DNA from: Tubiluchus corallicola
Taxonomy: Eukaryota; Animalia; Priapulida
Reading direction: 5' to 3'
Assembly (NCBI GenBank): GCA_030141605.1
Contig: JAQGDQ010000237.1
Coordinates: forward strand, 280,871 to 344,870
DNA length: 64,000 bases
Both the position numbers and the translations under genes were made by a program. Within the stretch, counting starts at the first letter, position 1, and the number at the start of each line of letters is the position of its first letter. Positions 58,439 through 64,000 of the stretch are shown one piece after another. A model generated the notes under the pieces. That model was given only the letters and a program-made list of their open reading frames with translations. It had not been told where the DNA came from and made no database searches.

Positions 58439-60136
58439 GTTACAATGGCTGGACCACAAGGCGGTGGCAGCAGAAGGAGAAGTGGAGGAGGGGGAGGATA
58501 CGGCAGCAGGAGTGGTGGCGGAGGACATGGTGGTAGTAGTGGAGGAGGAGGAGGTTATGGTAGAAGAAGAACTAGCGGAGGAGGAGGAAGACAACGAAAA
58601 CGTGGTGGAGGAGGATATGGTGGCAGCAGTGGTGGAGGAGGATATGGTGGCAGCAGTGGTGGAGGACATGGTGGCAGCAGTGGAGGAGGAGGATATGGTG
58701 GCAGCAGTGGTGGAGGAGGATATGGCGGCAGTAGTGGAGGAGGACATAGTGGCAGCAGTGGTGGAGGAGGATATGGCGGCAGCAGTGGTGGAGGAGGCTA
58801 TGGTGGCAGCAGTGGTGGAGGAGGATATGGTGGCAGCAGTGGTGGAGGAGGATATGGTGGCAGCAGTGGAGGAGGAGGAGGATATGGTGGCAGCAGTGGT
58901 GGAGGAGGATATGGTGGCAGCAGTGGAGGAGGAGGATATGGTCGCAGCAGTGGAGGTGGAGGATATGGTGGCAGCAGTGGTGGAGGTGGATATGGTGGCA
59001 GCAGTGGTGGAGGCTATGGTGGCAGCAGTGGTGGAGGAGGCTATGGTGGCAGCAGTGGAGGAGGAGGGGGATATGGTGGCAGCAGTGGAGGAGGAGGAGG
59101 ATATGGTGGCAGCAGTGGAGGAGGAGGAGGATATGGTGGCAGCAGTGGAGGAGGAGGAGGATATGGTGGAAGCAGTGGAGGAGGTGGATATGGTGGTAGC
59201 AGTGGAGGAAGTGGAGGCTATGGTGGCAGCAGCGGAGGAAGTGGATATGGTGGCAGCAGTGGTGGAGGAGGGTATGGCGGCAGCAGTGGAGGAGGAGGGG
59301 GATATGGTGGCAGCAGTGGAGGAGGAGGAGGATATGGTGGCAGCAGTGGAGGAGGAGGAGGATATGGTGGAAGCAGTGGAGGTGGAGGATATGGCGGCAG
59401 CAGTGGAGGTGGTGGATATGGTGGCAGCAGTGGTGGAGGAGGGTATGGCGGCAGCAGTGGAGGAAGTGGAGGCTATGGTGGCAGCAGCGGAGGAAGTGGA
59501 TATGGTGGCAGCAGTGGTGGTGGAGGTGGAGGCTATGGTGGCAGCAGTGGTGGAGGAGGATATGGTAGCAGCAGTGGAGGAGGAGGATATGGTGGCAGCA
59601 GTGGTGGAGGAGGATATGGTAGCAGCAGTGGAGGAGGAGGAGGATATGGTGGCAGCAGTAGTGGAGCAGGATATGGTAGCAGCAGTGGAGGAGGAGGATA
59701 TGGTAGCAGCAGTGGAGGTGGAGGAGGAGGATATGGTAGCAGCAGTGGAGGTGGAGGATATGGCGGCAACAGTGGTGGAGGAGGATATGGTAGCAGCAGT
59801 GGAGGAAGTGGAGGCTATGGTGGCAGCAGCGGAGGAAGTGGATATGGTGGCAGCAGTGGTGGAGGAGGGTATGGTAGCAGTGGTAGTGGAAGTGGAGGCT
59901 ATGGAGGAAGTGGTGGCGGAGGTGGAGGCTATGGTGGCAGCAGTGGTGGAGGAGGATATGGTAGCAGCAGTGGAGGAGGAGGATATGGTGGCAGCAGTGG
60001 TGGAGGAGGATATGGTGGCAGCAGTGGAGGAGGAGGATATGGTGGCAGCAGTGGTGGAGGAGGATATGGTGGCAGCAGTGGAGGAGGAGGATATGGCGGC
60101 AGCAGTGGTGGAGGAGGATATGGTAGCAGTTGGTAG
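58439..60136 (+). CDS. Gly/Ser/Tyr-rich secreted structural protein (GYGGSSGGG repeats), main exon, spliced protein about 580 aa
   Basis: Acceptor tttcacAG at 58437-58438, in frame with the signal exon (…LIS|VTMA-GPQGG). Arg-rich N-terminal patches, then dozens of GGGYGGSS units ending in GSSW. Confidence 0.88.
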   Translation, partial: VTMAGPQGGGSRRRSGGGGGYGSRSGGGGHGGSSGGGGGYGRRRTSGGGGRQRKRGGGGYGGSSGGGGYGGSSGGGHGGSSGGGGYGGSSGGGGYGGSSGGGHSGSSGGGGYGGSSGGGGYGGSSGGGGYGGSSGGGGYGGSSGGGGGYGGSSGGGGYGGSSGGGGYGRSSGGGGYGGSSGGGGYGGSSGGGYGGSSGGGGYGGSSGGGGGYGGSSGGGGGYGGSSGGGGGYGGSSGGGGGYGGSSGGGGYGGSSGGSGGYGGSSGGSGYGGSSGGGGYGGSSGGGGGYGGSSGGGGGYGGSSGGGGGYGGSSGGGGYGGSSGGGGYGGSSGGGGYGGSSGGSGGYGGSSGGSGYGGSSGGGGGGYGGSSGGGGYGSSSGGGGYGGSSGGGGYGSSSGGGGGYGGSSSGAGYGSSSGGGGYGSSSGGGGGGYGSSSGGGGYGGNSGGGGYGSSSGGSGGYGGSSGGSGYGGSSGGGGYGSSGSGSGGYGGSGGGGGGYGGSSGGGGYGSSSGGGGYGGSSGGGGYGGSSGGGGYGGSSGGGGYGGSSGGGGYGGSSGGGGYGSSW

Positions 60137-61149
60137 TTGATACCCAAAGCTGGCATCATCCCAGTGATAATATGGGAAATCTTCACCTAAACGTGAAAAT
60201 GAAAAATGTTTGTACAAGGGCAAAGGCGTTGTGTTATTGATTTATTTGCACGTATACTGCAAAATAATTCCTAGTTAATGCACGTGACATCCATTTTTAT
60301 TTCCCTTTTAATATAAGCAACTGGGTGGTAGAAATCATGAATTCAAAAACTAGTTATTAAACACTGATATTATTGTCACTTTTCTCTTTGTTATTCAGAT
60401 TGTTTTCAGATTTGTGATCTTAGTGTTAATCTTATGTTTGACAGTTATTTTTATGGATTGCATTGTTGCGAACACATTGTGTTATAAACACTTTGTTATG
60501 TAATACGCGTGGTGCCATCTACTGGCAACAGAAAGGAAGCACCAACAAAGTCGTGCTGTTTTACTTTGTGCTTGTTGTTGTGTAAATAATAAAATAGTGC
60601 TGTGGGTTTTTGTAAATAAAGCTTTACTTTTGGTGTTAATTCTATTTGTTATAAGTTTATATTTTCTTAAACGGCATCAATGCAAAATAATACTCATTTA
60701 TTACTTATACATCATACTTATTTTCTTATTAGCAGCAATAATTATAATCAAAACGCCAATGATAATGACCACAATAAAACAATAAACTTGTTGGTAAGCT
60801 TGTTCTTTTATGTTGATGACGATGATAATGATGATGAGGATGACGAGGATGATAACGATAAAAATGGTGATGACGACGGCGGCGATAATGAAGAAGCAGC
60901 TGAGAAGAGAGGTGCAAATGATTAAAGCAGATAAAGCAAAGACAACCTACAAAGTGGGTATTAGCATTTACCCGTGAATTACAAGTTCACATTCTACAAG
61001 TCTAGAAGTTTACAATCAGTTATTGCGTAGAGCAAGCCAAGTACACGGGGATTAATAGCTTATTGGAACACACTGTCATTGGGATGCGTGTCTATCTTGT
61101 ATAATTGCAAGAATTATAACTGCAGACAGCGCTCAATTGCACGGTAATT

Positions 61150-62160
61150 ATTGTACTATTACGTGAAAAGTAAACAACAAACAAAATAGGTCATTATTGC
61201 CTTGCCAATCATGGATTAACATGGTTGATGTAAATCCCCATGGTGTTCTATGTATTCTTATTATAGCACATACAGGCAGTGTAGGCACGATCGAACTAGG
61301 TACCTTGAATAACGTGACACAAGTGTGCAATCCGCTGTCAAATCCGTGGCTTGTTCTTTAATTTCATCTGTAATAATTATTATAGTTGTTAAAAACTGTT
61401 TATGATTGCATTTTGTAAATTTTGGAGAATAGCATGATAATAATTATAATATTGCCTTGAAATTCTGGCAGATAATATGGGCACAGGCAACTTCTTATCT
61501 AGTGATTTCTGGTAATGTTTCTTTTTACGTGTTTTGAACTCAACTCGATCCTCAGGAAAGAAGAGAGCTGACACAGAGTAGAAAACTGTTCAAGAGGTGT
61601 TTAGACTAGCCAGTTAACAGAAAGGCTGGTATTAATGTCGCAAGTCTATCATCAAAATTTCTGAACTTTTACATTGTTTTTAGCAACATTTGAATAAGGA
61701 TTATAACTTGAAATCATCTACATGTTGTGGTGGAATACCTGTCCTGTACAGAGTAAAGTGAATTTTGGCGGCGTGTACTGGAGTAGCTGCAAACGGTTTT
61801 TTTAAGTTCTAGAAACAAACTTCACTAAATCAGACAAGTAGATTTCTCACTGCACCATGCAGAATCAGCACGCATAAGGATAAGACCGGGACCAGTTGTG
61901 CAGCCAGGTCTCCTGTGACCACAATCCTTTTGTCTGTTATAGGTATCGTATACTCCGTTCACAATTTAAAGGTTTGAGTCTAAACTCGGTCTGTACCAAT
62001 TCTGTACCGAGTACGTCCAGTTTATGCAGACTGACCACGTCTAGACAGATGTTTGCATTCATTACAGAGAATTTAAAAGCGCACATTTGTGCATCACTGC
62101 GTTCTTTATTGTTTTTAATACACATTTTTCTTATTAGGCAGAACAGCGACCAAGACACTT
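61150..62160 (-). mobile_element. Decayed LINE ORF2 (AP-endonuclease/linker) remnant
   Basis: Minus-strand fragments in the expected order: NANI...HKLD.L...TEFRL (cf. N..sl..K...l...TETWL), LYR (~61750), CDIN (~61640, cf. GDFN) and RTPW (~61245, cf. kPWit). Confidence 0.4.
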
Positions 62161-62501
62161 TCCATGTCGTACTTAGTTGACATTACACAGTCCGAATTCC
62201 TGCAAAAGTTCAGTCTGTATTGCGACCCACGTTAATGAAGCAAATCGAGTCTGATCTGAGTCTGCAATCTCTGGATTCTGGAATAGATTTGACACTGTAA
62301 ATTGTGAATCAGCACAGTTTGAGATTTTGCAAGGATATATATAATTATGCTATTCTTAGTTTAAATCTCTTGTGAAATTATGGTATGTCCTTTTGCCCAG
62401 GCACTGGTGCGCTTGGACTGAAATACTGTAATCCTGCTGCTTTGACTGATCTGCACTGACTTAATGCTGTATTTCACCAAGAGGTTGGTCATTCAGTCAA
62501 C

Positions 62502-62543
62502 ATGACAATATTCCGAGTGATTTCAGCACTAACGCTGATAATA
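62502..62543 (+). CDS. Gly/Met/Lys/Tyr-rich secreted protein, signal-peptide exon
   Basis: MTIFRVISALTLII followed by GTAAGT, phase 0. Upstream acceptor cccAG at 62399-62400. Confidence 0.75.
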
Positions 62544-63003
62544 GTAAGTATAAAAGTAATTTTATTCAATCTGTGCAAAATGCAATTGTAGACATAACAA
62601 ATTACATCTTTTATTGAAAACATTTTTATACAGTTCGGAATAGGAACCTGACCCTACTGAAACTGGATGTATGTGGTTGAGCAGTCGCAAAGCCAGACGC
62701 CGTTCTCACTACCACACAAATATACAAAACATCGCGTGTATTTTACAAATGCAATCTGCCCCGACTCCTCGAATTCGATGAAAACAATTTTTGAGAGAGT
62801 TATTGTCACGGAAGAAACGATGTTACCCATTTAACTTATGAACACTTCACGCATTGTTTTCAAAACTCATAGAATCCTAGAATACTGGCAAATTTGTTTT
62901 TGAATTTAACTTTTTATTTTGTATAGTATAACACATACAATCACACACGAATTCGTGTAATCAGTGTTTTTGTTAATATTACTGATCATCTTTTTCTTTA
63001 TAG

Positions 63004-64000
63004 GTTATTTCAGAAGCACATCTAGATTTTCATACACATGTGCACACATACAGCAGTGGTGGCACATGGAGCAAAGGTACTAAAGGAGGTGGAGGTGGAG
63101 GTGGCTACGGTAGAAGAATGAAAGAAGATGGAGAAGGTTATGGTGGAGAAATGAAAGGAGGTGGAGGCGGCTATGGTGGAAGAATGAAAGGAGGTGGAGG
63201 AATGAAAGGTGGTGGAGGTTATGGTAGTGTAATGAAAGGAGGTGGAGGCGGCTATGGTGGAAGAATGAAAGGAGGTGGAGGAATGAAAGGTGGTGGAGGT
63301 TATGGTAGTGTAATGAAAGGAGGTGGAGGCGGCTATGGTGGAAGAATGAAAGGAGGTGGAGGAATGAAAGGTGGTGGAGGCGGCTACGGTGGTGGAATGA
63401 AAGGAGGTGGAGGCGGCTATGGTGGAGGAATGAAAGGAGGTGGAGGAGGCTATGGTGGAGGAATGAAAGGTGGTGGAGGAGGCTATGGTGGTGGAGGAAT
63501 GAAAGGAGTTGGAGGAGGCTATGGTGGAAGAATGAAAGGAGGTGGAGGAGGCTATGGTGGAAGAATGAAAGGAGGTAGAGAAATGAAAGGTGGTGGAAGT
63601 TATGGTGGCAGAATGAAAGGAGGTGGAGGCGGCTATGGTGGAAGAATGAAAGGTGGTGGAGGTGGCTATGGTGGAGGAATGAAAGGAGGTGGAGGAGGCT
63701 ATGGTGGAAGAATGAAAGGTGGTGGAATGAAAGGAGGTGGAGGTGGCTATGGTGGAAGAATGAAAGGTGGAGGAGGCTATGGTGGAGCAATGAAAGGAGG
63801 CAGTGGAATGAAAGGTGGGAGCAGCTATGGTGGAGGAAGGAAAGGAGGTGGGGGGAGAATGAAAGGAGGTGGTGGAGGTTATGGTGGTGGAATGAAAGGA
63901 AGTGGAGGCGGCTATGGTGGAGGGATGAAAGGAGGTGCTGGAGGCTATGGAGGAAGAATGAAAGGCCGCAGTGGAGGTTATGCTGGTGGAATGAAAGGAG
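63004..64000 (+). CDS. Gly/Met/Lys/Tyr-rich secreted structural protein (GGGYGG[RG]MK repeats), main exon, truncated by window end
   Basis: Acceptor tttatAG at 63002-63003. Open frame VISEAHLDFHTHVHTYSSGGTWSKGTKGGGG...GYGGRMKGGGG continues without a stop to 64000. Absent from the ORF track, which shows only the antisense frame. Confidence 0.85.

Noticed and set aside
58433-60223. 596-aa antisense Ser/Thr/Ala ORF, 558-aa E/V/A/M alternative-frame ORF and PPY antisense ORFs
   Set aside because: These are stop-free by-products of the GGN/AGY/TAT repeat. Only the Gly frame joins in phase to a signal-peptide exon.
62630-62720. Possible tRNA gene or tRNA-derived SINE on the minus strand (A-box/B-box-like words)
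   Set aside because: The boxes are degenerate and no cloverleaf can be drawn. At most it is a decayed SINE, which cannot be supported without a repeat library.
63080-63790. 236-aa His/Leu-rich minus-strand ORF
   Set aside because: It is the antisense shadow of the plus-strand GYGGxMK exon, which has a proper acceptor and signal exon.

Overview
AT-rich eukaryotic (invertebrate metazoan-like) genomic DNA with GT-AG introns, many microsatellites and no prokaryotic features (no operons, CRISPR or rRNA seen). Genes, left to right: (1) 3' part of a pentraxin/LamG-domain gene with an apparent frameshift; (2) three co-oriented paralogous genes, each with a single coding exon and a shared, unrecognised ~45-aa C-terminal motif (YGS[TS]EDL..[WL]Y..Q....GS[WF].WW). 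They carry 1, 0 and 18 doublecortin (DCX)-like domains, and the 1726-aa member has 17 of them head-to-tail; (3) SLC12A8; (4) EMC7 on the minus strand; (5) divergent from EMC7, an ankyrin-repeat + cGAS-like/Mab-21 nucleotidyltransferase (cGLR) fusion with an intact catalytic signature and an N-myristoylation consensus; (6) a secreted LRR protein with a piggyBac-like MITE in its intron; (7) three secreted low-complexity proteins (Asn-Gly-rich, GYGGSS-rich, GYGGxMK-rich, the last running off the window end), with a small 2-TM PPxY protein among them. The most notable items are the poly-DCX gene family with its orphan C-terminal motif and the ANK-cGLR. All family assignments come from motif recognition by eye, with no database search. 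The organism cannot be named from the sequence.
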